From: an uncultured Lentisphaerales bacterium
Lineage (GTDB): Bacteria > Verrucomicrobiota > Lentisphaeria > JABSQK01 > UBA12247
DNA length: 64,000 nt
Assembly: GCA_943788985.1 (NCBI GenBank)
Contig: CALSSJ010000031.1
Coordinates: 73,261-137,260, forward strand
Direction: 5' to 3'
How positions within the stretch are numbered: the stretch's first letter is position 1; each line of letters starts with the position of its first letter. The notes below the pieces were generated by a model that ran no database searches, was not told the DNA's origin, and saw only the letters and a program-made list of their open reading frames with translations. The translations under genes were made by a program, and so were the position numbers. This document shows, piece by piece, positions 50,489-59,536 of this stretch.

Positions 50489-53290
50489 CTATTGGCATAG
50501 CTTGTTTATCAGCTTCTTCCAAGTGCCGCAATCCTCCGCCGACTCACACTTGGCTTGCAGCAGCCGGCAAATTTTGTCTGTGTCAGCATCCTCTCGTGTG
50601 GCAGCATGAAGACCGTACGCAAAGTAGATGTCATCAAAAATCCCTAGCATAAATTCGGCGCCTGCCGCCATCAGATTGATTCTCGCATCCTTGAACCTTC
50701 CTGTGACCAGCGCGAAAGCTCCGAGGTTTCGCTGCAGATCCAAGTCCTCAGAGCCGTAAGAGGTGATCGCCAATTCCTGAAACATAGGCCAGGGAATCTC
50801 TTTGATTTCCTTTTTGAAGGTTCCGATAGAGCGATAATTCCCCAGTTGTGGGCTGTGCTGCTCTTTATCAACAATCATGTGCGTCCGGCCAATGCTCAGA
50901 ATTCGCTGCCGTCCAAGCCCATCGATCACAACCTCCTTGAAACGAACCTTGTGCCCGTTCAACTTGGCCCCTGTCGTCGCCACAAGCAGATAGTACTGCT
51001 GCCCCCAGCCCAAGCACTCCCCTAGGCTATCGAACCATTCGTTCCGGAGTGCGTAGAAATCCTGTTCCCTCTCTTCCAATCCCCGCAAGCTCTGCTTCAG
51101 ATCGTCAAACGCTCCGCCCTCTACCGCCTCTCCGATGGCGTCGTTGAATGCGCGGTTCGCATCGGAGGCATCCCAGGCTTCAGGAACTTCAAACTTCACC
51201 ATCAGCGACTTTAGCTTTCGTTGAAAGGAACGCTCTGCGTTGTCCTTGAGGTTTCGCGAAGCGCGCACCACGCCCTCCGCTCGTGAAATTTGCCGCGATG
51301 CTCTTGCCGGGTATCCCTGCTTGCCTTCGTCCGTTTGTAGGTCGCGCAACAAGTCCAAGCCCTGAGTAAAATCCCCTTCAGCACAATGCGGAACGACCGC
51401 GCCAATCACGCTCCGCCTCTCTCGCTCGAAAATCTCCTCAAGGGAGTCAACACCACGTTCGACCTCATCAAAGACGTCCTGCACAGATTGATTGACCTGC
51501 CCGATCTTGTCGATCAGCAACATGGCCTGCTCCTCATGAACGCTCGCCAGAGCACTGGTAAAGCGACGCAGTTTCAGCCCAGCTCGCTCCTTATCCTTCC
51601 AGTCCTCTCGCAAGAACCGAACCTCGTACTCCTCAATCATTTCCAAATCGCGTGTCACCACCCCGCCGATCCCCTTCGCCAGCTTGCGGAGAGTCAGCTC
51701 ATGCTTGTCTTCTAGTCCCAGCGAGCGGTGGTAACTTGCCTGCCCATGAGGCAGTACAAAAATGCTGTCGCGATGGTTCGGGTTAGCCTTGAACTGCATG
51801 AACTGTGCATGCATATCGCGCGCTTCCTTCAAGTTCGCGGGCTTCACGCCGATCAAAGGCTGCAACTCGCGAAAGGCGGCCATTTCACTCGGTCGCGCAA
51901 TCTCCAGTTGCCTTAGTAGTGATGCCTCGTCCGTCGGGGGCTTATCAGCAAGAACTGTCGCGAAAAGCGCGCCAACAATCGCCGCTATGGCCACGAGTGC
52001 CGCAACCCCAATCAAAACCGCAGGTATGACTGACTTCTTCGGCGTCCGCGATTTTTCCTTGGCCGCACCAGGCACATCTGCGTCCTGCTCGACGCTCGCC
52101 TTAGGCTGGCGCTTGCGGATGGTTGTTTTCTTCTTCGGGCCGCCTGTCTTCTTTGGGATGGCCTTCGTCGGCACGGCAGGTGCCGCCGCTTCCTCTCCCG
52201 CTATCGGTTCTTCAGTGGCGAGCTCGTCCTCATCAACGGACTCGACCTCGACCATGGGCGCAGCCTTCTTCCGAGGCCGACGCTTCTTTTTCAGCTTGGC
52301 CGACTTCTTGGAAACAGGTGCTTCCTCCTCCTCTTCCTCTTCCTGGTCACCTACTTTCGAAAGTAGCTCGTCCAGTGCCGCGACGAGTTCTGCAGCATCA
52401 TTGTAGCGGTCTTCCGGACGCTTAGCCATCATCCGGTCGATGACCTCGGTCACCTGTGGTGGAACGCTCTCATTAACGTCATGCGCGGATTCAAGCTGGG
52501 CCTCCAGATGCATGCGGGCAATTTCACCTGCCGAATTTCCCTCAAACGGGAATCGACCTGTGACTGCATGAAAGAAGGTCGCGCCTAGGCTGTAGATGTC
52601 ACCACGCACGTCCATCGGCCGGCCAAGCAACTGCTCGGGGCTGATGTACTGGGGCGTGCCCATCACCTCATCTTCCTCGTCCACATCGGCCAATTCTGCG
52701 GCCTTCCTGGCCAATCCTAGGTCGGCAAGCTTCGCTACACCCTTGTTGGTAATCATGATGTTGTCGGGCTTGATGTCCCGGTGAACCAGCGACTGATTCT
52801 TCCACGCAAAGTCCAGCGCCTCTGCGATCTGGCGCATGATCTGAATCGCATTCGCAATCCCGACCGTACCTTCCGCCTTCATGATCTTCTTCAGCGTGCT
52901 GCCTTCCACATACTCCATCGCGAAGAAGTAAATACCGTCTTCTTCTCCGACTGCATACGACTGAACGATATTCAAGTGGTTTAACCGGGCAGCAGCTCTC
53001 GCTTCTTTGACAAAATCCACGACGAAATCGCGATCCTGCGAGAACTCTTGCATCAAAACCTTCAAGGCAACGGGGCGATCCAGCGACAACTGATGGGCGA
53101 GGTACACCATCCCCATCCCGCCCTTGCCGATGATCTCCTTGATCACAAAATCATCAATCACCACGGACGGCGAAAAACGCGATCCAGGCACAATACTGAC
53201 ACCACCACAGTTCCCGCATCCGACGGGTTGACCGCATTCCGTATCAGGAATCGAAACTATACTTTGACAATGGGGACACTGAAACTGCAA
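50489..53290 (-). CDS. Hanks Ser/Thr kinase with N-terminal zinc ribbon, one TM and a large C-terminal domain
   Basis: CPHC..CGNC, GKGGMG, HRDIKPDN, DLG, GTPQYISPE, central TM. Confidence 0.92.
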   Translation of the reverse strand: MQFQCPHCQSIVSIPDTECGQPVGCGNCGGVSIVPGSRFSPSVVIDDFVIKEIIGKGGMGMVYLAHQLSLDRPVALKVLMQEFSQDRDFVVDFVKEARAAARLNHLNIVQSYAVGEEDGIYFFAMEYVEGSTLKKIMKAEGTVGIANAIQIMRQIAEALDFAWKNQSLVHRDIKPDNIMITNKGVAKLADLGLARKAAELADVDEEDEVMGTPQYISPEQLLGRPMDVRGDIYSLGATFFHAVTGRFPFEGNSAGEIARMHLEAQLESAHDVNESVPPQVTEVIDRMMAKRPEDRYNDAAELVAALDELLSKVGDQEEEEEEEAPVSKKSAKLKKKRRPRKKAAPMVEVESVDEDELATEEPIAGEEAAAPAVPTKAIPKKTGGPKKKTTIRKRQPKASVEQDADVPGAAKEKSRTPKKSVIPAVLIGVAALVAIAAIVGALFATVLADKPPTDEASLLRQLEIARPSEMAAFRELQPLIGVKPANLKEARDMHAQFMQFKANPNHRDSIFVLPHGQASYHRSLGLEDKHELTLRKLAKGIGGVVTRDLEMIEEYEVRFLREDWKDKERAGLKLRRFTSALASVHEEQAMLLIDKIGQVNQSVQDVFDEVERGVDSLEEIFERERRSVIGAVVPHCAEGDFTQGLDLLRDLQTDEGKQGYPARASRQISRAEGVVRASRNLKDNAERSFQRKLKSLMVKFEVPEAWDASDANRAFNDAIGEAVEGGAFDDLKQSLRGLEEREQDFYALRNEWFDSLGECLGWGQQYYLLVATTGAKLNGHKVRFKEVVIDGLGRQRILSIGRTHMIVDKEQHSPQLGNYRSIGTFKKEIKEIPWPMFQELAITSYGSEDLDLQRNLGAFALVTGRFKDARINLMAAGAEFMLGIFDDIYFAYGLHAATREDADTDKICRLLQAKCESAEDCGTWKKLINKLCQ

Positions 53291-53310
53291 ATAATTTTCC
53301 TATTCGACGT

Positions 53311-53668
53311 CTATTTTCGGTATAGATAATCGCAACATAGATCGAAAAACGCCTGTGAATTCTCCGAGATCTCGCTTGCTTCTAAAATGGTCTGCACCTG
53401 AGCGAGCAAAAAGGAATGTTCGCGCCGACGAAAAAATGTACTCACATCCCCCAAAGTCTTCTCAGGCGAACGAATCATACCGCTCTCAAACTTGCCGAAC
53501 GATTCATCAAGAAAGGTCTCCGATTCCCGTTCCCTCAGCCCGTGATGCACGAGACAGTCAATTGCGGCCTGGTTACGCTTCGCACTGATTACCCCCATCC
53601 ACCTTCATGGCGATTACAAAGAGATCGGCAAGGCGCTTTAGTTTTCCGATATCGGAAAGCGGTGGCAT
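53311..53668 (-). CDS. TerB-like small helical protein (one frameshift at 53592-53596)
   Basis: ATG 53668 gives MPPLSDIGKLKRLADLFVIAMKVDG. Dropping one base of the C5 run continues into VISAKRNQAAID... of ORF 53311..53598. Confidence 0.55.
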
Positions 53669-53796
53669 AGACAGATTCCAATCTAGTCAGCACGAAAGGT
53701 AAACCATACGATCGACTCGCCAAACGTCCAATCAACCTTGCGGTCTACGCACAAATCAGCAGTGCGTGTTGTCCGCCGCGAATCACAGGATCCGCG

Positions 53797-56116
53797 TCAG
53801 ACAATTGCGCGATCTGCACAATACCAAGCTAACTCATTGGCCAATCGCCGACATTGCTTCAGCTGCGCCTGATTCGGAACGCTTCCTTCGTGGATGCAGA
53901 CCATAAACATATGATCATGACCGGCGAAGGTAACCGCATGCTGCTCTAGGTAGAAGGTAAACATGTCGGCTGCGGGCAACCGGCTCTGCTTCAGAGCCTT
54001 TGCACCGCGACGATGCAGTTGCGGTCCCGCACCACATAGGCCTTCGACCAGTGACTCCAGACGTGCAGGGACATCCTTCGCAATGACGTCGCCGTTCGCA
54101 TCCGCGATAATCACCCCGTCCAGACCGATCTGCGCACGCGCAACGGCGGCCAGCTGGGCTAAGCTAATCTCCTCTGACGGAACACCGAACGCCTTCGTTC
54201 ACCGCCAACTCAGTCGCGCGCAAGTCGCGACTCGCGCTCATGCAGGTCATCGTTCGGTAGGTGTGAGCGCCGAGTCCGGCCACGTCCATCAGATCCTGGA
54301 CCCGCGCAAAACGCCCTTGAGCGTCTCGGTGCGCCACAATAGCCGCGGCAATGTGAGGCCCAACACCGGCCAAGCGGCTTAGTTCGGGCTCAGTCGCCGT
54401 GTTCACGTCGACGCCGTACGGCGCCCGGCTAGCCCAAAGGACACTATGATCAACCTTTTCCTTATCCGTCTGGCCATCTCGAATCAGCTCATTTCGCCGG
54501 GCCACGGACTCACCAAAATAGTCGTGAGCGACGCTCCGCAGTTCCAACGTATCCTGCGTGGAGATCTCATGGTCCGGTCCATTAAACGGAGTCGGCTCTG
54601 CCAACGCTGCCGGGGCCGCAACTGCACTCTCCGCAATGGGCTTTCGGACTGGTGCCGGAGGTGCTGGCAGGACGGGCGGAGCCAGAGGTTCCCGGGGCAC
54701 GGGTGCAGGAGGCGGTGGCAGGCCTAAATCATCTGACGCAGATGGCATCCCCGCACCAAGTGGCGGTCCAAGCGGGACTGGTGCTCGCAAGGGAGCAGGT
54801 GGTGCCAGTCCCTCCACTTCGTCAAGAGCCGGTGTCGGGGCAGGAGGTAGCGGAGGAGGAGCAGGCAAGTTCTCAGGCACCACCGGCGAGGGCCGATGTA
54901 GCGCCCTTGGCGGCGGTAGATCGATCGAGGAATCGTCAAAGCCTGAATCCTCCTCCAAGGTGGGAGCTGCACCGAAACTGTCTGCAACTGGGACCTGGAA
55001 CTGCACAGGCGCCGGAGCAGGCGCTTCCGGCTCTTCCCACTCAGGAAAATCACCATCGTCCTGCTCCCACGGCACCTGCAAATTCGGATCACTGTCATCC
55101 AGTGTCGGCACATCGCGCTGACCGTCCTGAGCCGGGCTTGGAAAGCCACCGCGGCCCATATCAGGCAACCGTGGCGCGGGCACCTCCCTATGGCTGATCG
55201 TCGGCTCTTCGGGCTCAATATCGCCGAACGTATCTGCTGGCGGACGATAACTGGGGGGTGCTTCCTGCACCGAAGTACGCACGGTTTGCTCGTCTGCGAT
55301 GTCCTCGTACTCTTCGTACTCTTCTTCCTCCGGGGGCGTCTCGATAACCGCGCCATCCGGCAGATCGCGGAACAGATCCTCCATGTCCTCGATCAGCAAT
55401 TCTTTACTGTTATTCTGAACCAAACCTAGCTCAAACCACGCAGGCGGCACTTTGCATACAAGCTCGCCTAGAGGTAACTCTGCAAGATCACCTGCGACGT
55501 CATTGATTGAGTCGTTGAACAGCTCGTAGGGCATGCGCCGGACAAGATCTCCCACCTGCACCTCGACCCGCCCCGTCGCCAGACCACTGACGATCTCCGC
55601 GCGATCAAATGGCACATTCACATCACCAAACTGGGCTGCCAGCGTATCCAACTCAGCAGAAAGCGTATCCGCAGCAAAAACCGGCAACAACGCGCGGACA
55701 CTCAGATGAACAGTATTCGGATCGTATTCCGGCTCCTCTTCGACTAGCTCGTCTAACTGAGCACGATGATACGGCTCTTCGTAATACTCCTCTTCGTCGA
55801 ATTCTTCCGCGGGCTTCTCCTCATACATGACAGAGCTGATATGTGCCAGCTGGTCAATCACCTCGCGGGCGGCATGAGGACTTTCTTGTGGCGGTGGTGT
55901 CTCCTCAGACGCCGACGTCTCGAAGCCATAGAACCGGTTATCCTGCGGGGAGATCTGTGCAGCTTGGGGTTCCTCGTACGCCTCAGGCTGAGGCTCTGGC
56001 GCACGGGCCTGCATCGCCGGCGGCGGGGGGACCTCCTTCTCCGGCTTTGCTTTTGGTTTCTTGCGTTTTTTCTTGGGCTCTGGACCGCCGAGAAACCCGA
56101 ATAGCTTTTTGAACAT
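53797..56116 (-). CDS. Acidic/Pro-rich protein with ComEA-type HhH and C-terminal Roadblock-like domain (frameshift ~54195)
   Basis: VDVNTATEPELSRLAGVGPHIAAAIV...GRF...DLMDVAGLG. Removing one base gives NEAFGVPSEEISLAQLAAVARAQIGLDGVIIADANGDVIA and joins 53797..54114. Confidence 0.75.
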
Positions 56117-56317
56117 GCCTGAAAACCCCCTGCCGGACACCATGGTGGGACGTGAATCAAAACAGATGAATCACGCCGGGATAACGTACGAGAAACGTCT
56201 TGGAATGCAATTTATCCATGATATTCTCTTGTAAAGCGCGCACTCGCTGGGCAATGTATTTGGCTGTAACGGCGCAGATATGCTACACGTTCGTAACCAG
56301 CGAAGGACCAGTTCGCA

Positions 56318-56911
56318 ATGTCCCTGATCAATTACGCCAAGAAAGAAATTCAGTTTAAGATTGTTTATTATGGATGCGGGCTCTGTGGCAAGACAACCAA
56401 TCTTCAGATTATCCATGACCGCGTCCCAGCCAAGGCAAAAGGAAACCTCACGAGTCTCGCCACCAGCCAAGATCGAACTTTATTCTTCGACTTCCTGCCA
56501 CTACAGACGATGGCTATTGAAGGCTATACCACTAAGTTCCAAGTCTATACAGTTCCCGGTCAGGTTAAGTACAACAGCACCCGGAAGCTTGTCCTCCGGA
56601 ACTGTGATGGCGTTGTCTTTTGCATCGACTCCCAGCAAGACAAGATGCCTGAGAATCTGGAAAGCTGGGAGAACCTTAAAGAAAACCTAGCAGACCAAAA
56701 TGACTCGTTGAACCAGATGCCGCATGTGCTCCAGTATAACAAACGAGACCTGCCCGGCCGCCTGCCGAAAGCATACTTGGACTTCGCACTGAATAATGGG
56801 GAACACCGCATCCCCACCTTTATGGCTGCAGCGGTGAACGGCAAGGGCGTACTCGAAACGCTCAACGGCGTCGCGAAGTTAGTCCTCCAAGATTTCATCG
56901 ACAAGCACTGA
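56318..56911 (+). CDS. mglA: MglA-family small GTPase
   Basis: KIVYYGCGLCGKTTNL, RTLFFDFLP, YTVPGQ, QYNKRDL. Confidence 0.95.
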   Translation: MSLINYAKKEIQFKIVYYGCGLCGKTTNLQIIHDRVPAKAKGNLTSLATSQDRTLFFDFLPLQTMAIEGYTTKFQVYTVPGQVKYNSTRKLVLRNCDGVVFCIDSQQDKMPENLESWENLKENLADQNDSLNQMPHVLQYNKRDLPGRLPKAYLDFALNNGEHRIPTFMAAAVNGKGVLETLNGVAKLVLQDFIDKH

Positions 56912-56918
56912 GTAAGAC

Positions 56919-57389
56919 ATGGCAATCGGTTTCGAATTACAAAAAGACGACTACGTTACACTGGAAGCTAATCTGCAAATTTTTCAGAAGGGAGCGGAAG
57001 TTCGCGGTGCCTTTCTCTGCGATTCTGGGGGCAATATAATCATCGAAGTAGGCAAGGCGGCCTCTTGCGTTGACTCCGTTTCTGCACTGGCCTCCGGCGC
57101 ATTTTCAGCCACCCGCGCACTAGCTCACGCCATCGGCGAGGACGAGTTCAGCTCGATCGTGCATCAGGGCTCGCGCAACAACATCTTCATGTCCGCTGTG
57201 GATGAGGAAGTGCTACTCGTAGCCGTATTTGGCCAGGAGACAAACAATGGGTTGGTCAAGCTCGAGGGCACAAAGGCATGCCGAAAACTCCTGCCAATCT
57301 TCCGCGACATCATGAAACGGCCGACAGTACCAAACGAGGACCCGACGGTAACCTTCGTACTGGCACAGGGCCCGCTGTTCTCGCGTTGA
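56919..57389 (+). CDS. mglB: MglB-family Roadblock/LC7 protein
   Basis: FLCDSGG, ALASGAFSATRALAHAIGEDEFS..HQG, GLVKL; adjacent to mglA. Confidence 0.9.
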   Translation: MAIGFELQKDDYVTLEANLQIFQKGAEVRGAFLCDSGGNIIIEVGKAASCVDSVSALASGAFSATRALAHAIGEDEFSSIVHQGSRNNIFMSAVDEEVLLVAVFGQETNNGLVKLEGTKACRKLLPIFRDIMKRPTVPNEDPTVTFVLAQGPLFSR

Positions 57390-58009
57390 ACCAACCTCCG
57401 TCTGCGACGGGAATCGTTGACCAACCCACGCGACGCGATATCTGGCGGCGCATGCTGTGGTTTGTCTGTGCTGCCCACATCCTGCATGCCGCTATGCTCG
57501 GCCTGGCGCTGCTCACCATTGCTCGCCTTCCCATAAACGATACCTTCCTGCTGTTCCCGACTGCTACCGGAGCATGGCGCGACCTGATGCTCGGCACAGC
57601 AGTTTATCTGTTTCTGGCCTCCCTCTGCGTGGGGGCCAGCTATCTTCCGGTGCGCTGGCAACGTCTCACCGGTAGCGCGGCAGTTGCCCTGATCACCGTT
57701 TTTTTCATCATCAAGCAACAGGCCGAACCATGCATCGCCGCAATCAGATCCAACGAGCATTTCATCTTTGTGCGCCGCGTTCCCTTCGGGCGAGTCCCGG
57801 TGCGCCTCGTCGCTCCAGTGCTGATTCATTCCACCATCAACGCCGACGTCAGAACCCTCACCATAGGCCACCCAGATGGCAGCACGACCCGCTGCATTCC
57901 CGTCTGGCGCAAAGACCAGCTCTCAGACGACGAACTCACACGCTTGACCGATGCACTCCAGATCTACGAATTCGCGCCGATCACTGACAGCCGCATTCCC
58001 TTTCCGTAA
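57386..58009 (+). CDS. Hypothetical membrane protein
   Basis: In-frame TTG overlapping the mglB stop; about three TMs. Confidence 0.6.
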   Translation: MNQPPSATGIVDQPTRRDIWRRMLWFVCAAHILHAAMLGLALLTIARLPINDTFLLFPTATGAWRDLMLGTAVYLFLASLCVGASYLPVRWQRLTGSAAVALITVFFIIKQQAEPCIAAIRSNEHFIFVRRVPFGRVPVRLVAPVLIHSTINADVRTLTIGHPDGSTTRCIPVWRKDQLSDDELTRLTDALQIYEFAPITDSRIPFP

Positions 58010-58035
58010 TCCCATCCCAGCCCACAGACAAAAGA

Positions 58036-59379
58036 ATGACATCTACTCATAATCACCGCATGGTTCTCGGGGGACTTGGTACCCCAACCACGGCTATCCG
58101 CACCGACGGCACATTTGAAAACGCAGACGGAACTCCCTCCCCGGCCTGGCTTGGCCTGACAATTGGCGACGAAACTAGGCGCTTGGTACACACCGATGTC
58201 TCTGAGCAGGCAGTGCCTGACCTCGAATCGCGCCTGCTCTTTCCGCAGCTTCGTCTTATCTCAGGCGACGCTATCGGGATTCATGTGGAAGTCGCGATCA
58301 CCACGCCCATTGTCCCCCATCACGAGCCTCTCTCATCGCTTCCGGGCTTTCTGATTCACTGGCATGTTCACAACCGCCGTGCCGAAGACATATCCGTGAT
58401 TTGTCGGCTCAACTGGCCCCAAGCAGCGGACGCGGTACCCGAGACCATCGAAGGTCCCGGCTGGCTTGGAATCCAGGCCGGCGCGCATCATCTAGCCGCC
58501 GTCTACGGCCAGGGCGCTCCAGTCGTATTTGAAGGCGCCTCAGCCCCTGGCGTCGGCACCCTGCTAGATCTCTCCGCAGGCGAGCAGGCAGAAGCCGTCA
58601 TGCTCGTTGCCACGCCAGCCAGCACTGGCGACGAATTTTGGACCGGCGTCTGGGAGACGCCCAACGACATCCTAACCGCCTTGCTGGAAGGCGAGCCGGA
58701 CATCATGGCAGCCGCAGAGTCTCTCCATGGTCTATTCATCATGTCAGATGTTCCCCTTGCAGAGGCAGGCGATGCGCTAAATCCAACCAGCGCCCTTGTC
58801 GAGCGCAGCCGCCTGGACCGCAACGCCACGTTTATTGAGCCCACTCACGCCGATGATGGCCAAACCGCCGCCGCCGCTGGAGCATCGCAAATCTTATTCC
58901 CCGGTCTTTTCCTACGGGATTTTCAGCGCCGTGAAACGGAAGCCAGCGCCCCGTCCTCACTGCGTATTGCCCTGCGAAGTCAGATCGCCAGCGACCCGCC
59001 ACCTGCAGTAACCTCCCCGCAAGACTACGCCCTCCCCGGCAGCCACCTAGCGGCCCTCATGGCTTCCTATGGCTTCGGCTACTGGCCAGCCACAGAGACC
59101 ATCAGCCTCTCGATTCCTATTGGGACCGTTCCGATCCTGCATCCACACTTCTGGGGCACAGCCACCAAACTCGACGACGGCCGGATGATGATTCTCATCC
59201 GCCATCTCTTCCTGGCTTCGGCCACCTATCAGGTTCCACGGCTCTGGGTTTCCAAGCTGCGCGTCAAGGGCAGAGAAAAGCCACTCCCACTTCCACGACA
59301 GGCCATCTCAGAAGGCACCATTATTACATGGACGACCACGGGGCTCGAGCCCCGGCCCTCAGACGGTACCGTCTCCTAA
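58036..59379 (+). CDS. Hypothetical protein resembling the GH116 N-terminal domain
   Basis: MVLGGLGT and TPIVPHHEPLSSLPGFLIHWHVHN recall GH116 N-terminal motifs; too short for a full enzyme. Confidence 0.55.
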   Translation: MTSTHNHRMVLGGLGTPTTAIRTDGTFENADGTPSPAWLGLTIGDETRRLVHTDVSEQAVPDLESRLLFPQLRLISGDAIGIHVEVAITTPIVPHHEPLSSLPGFLIHWHVHNRRAEDISVICRLNWPQAADAVPETIEGPGWLGIQAGAHHLAAVYGQGAPVVFEGASAPGVGTLLDLSAGEQAEAVMLVATPASTGDEFWTGVWETPNDILTALLEGEPDIMAAAESLHGLFIMSDVPLAEAGDALNPTSALVERSRLDRNATFIEPTHADDGQTAAAAGASQILFPGLFLRDFQRRETEASAPSSLRIALRSQIASDPPPAVTSPQDYALPGSHLAALMASYGFGYWPATETISLSIPIGTVPILHPHFWGTATKLDDGRMMILIRHLFLASATYQVPRLWVSKLRVKGREKPLPLPRQAISEGTIITWTTTGLEPRPSDGTVS

Positions 59380-59536
59380 ATTTGAGTTTTCACCAGCCAG
59401 CCGCCGGAGGCAGGCGATGCCAACGTATAGCCAATGGCCAAGGCGTGAGTGGGTGCGCCACAGTCTTTATTTGGCAATTGGATATTGCCTGACGGCGGTC
59501 TCGCAGGCTCGGCTCCGTGTTGGCTGGTGGAAATTG

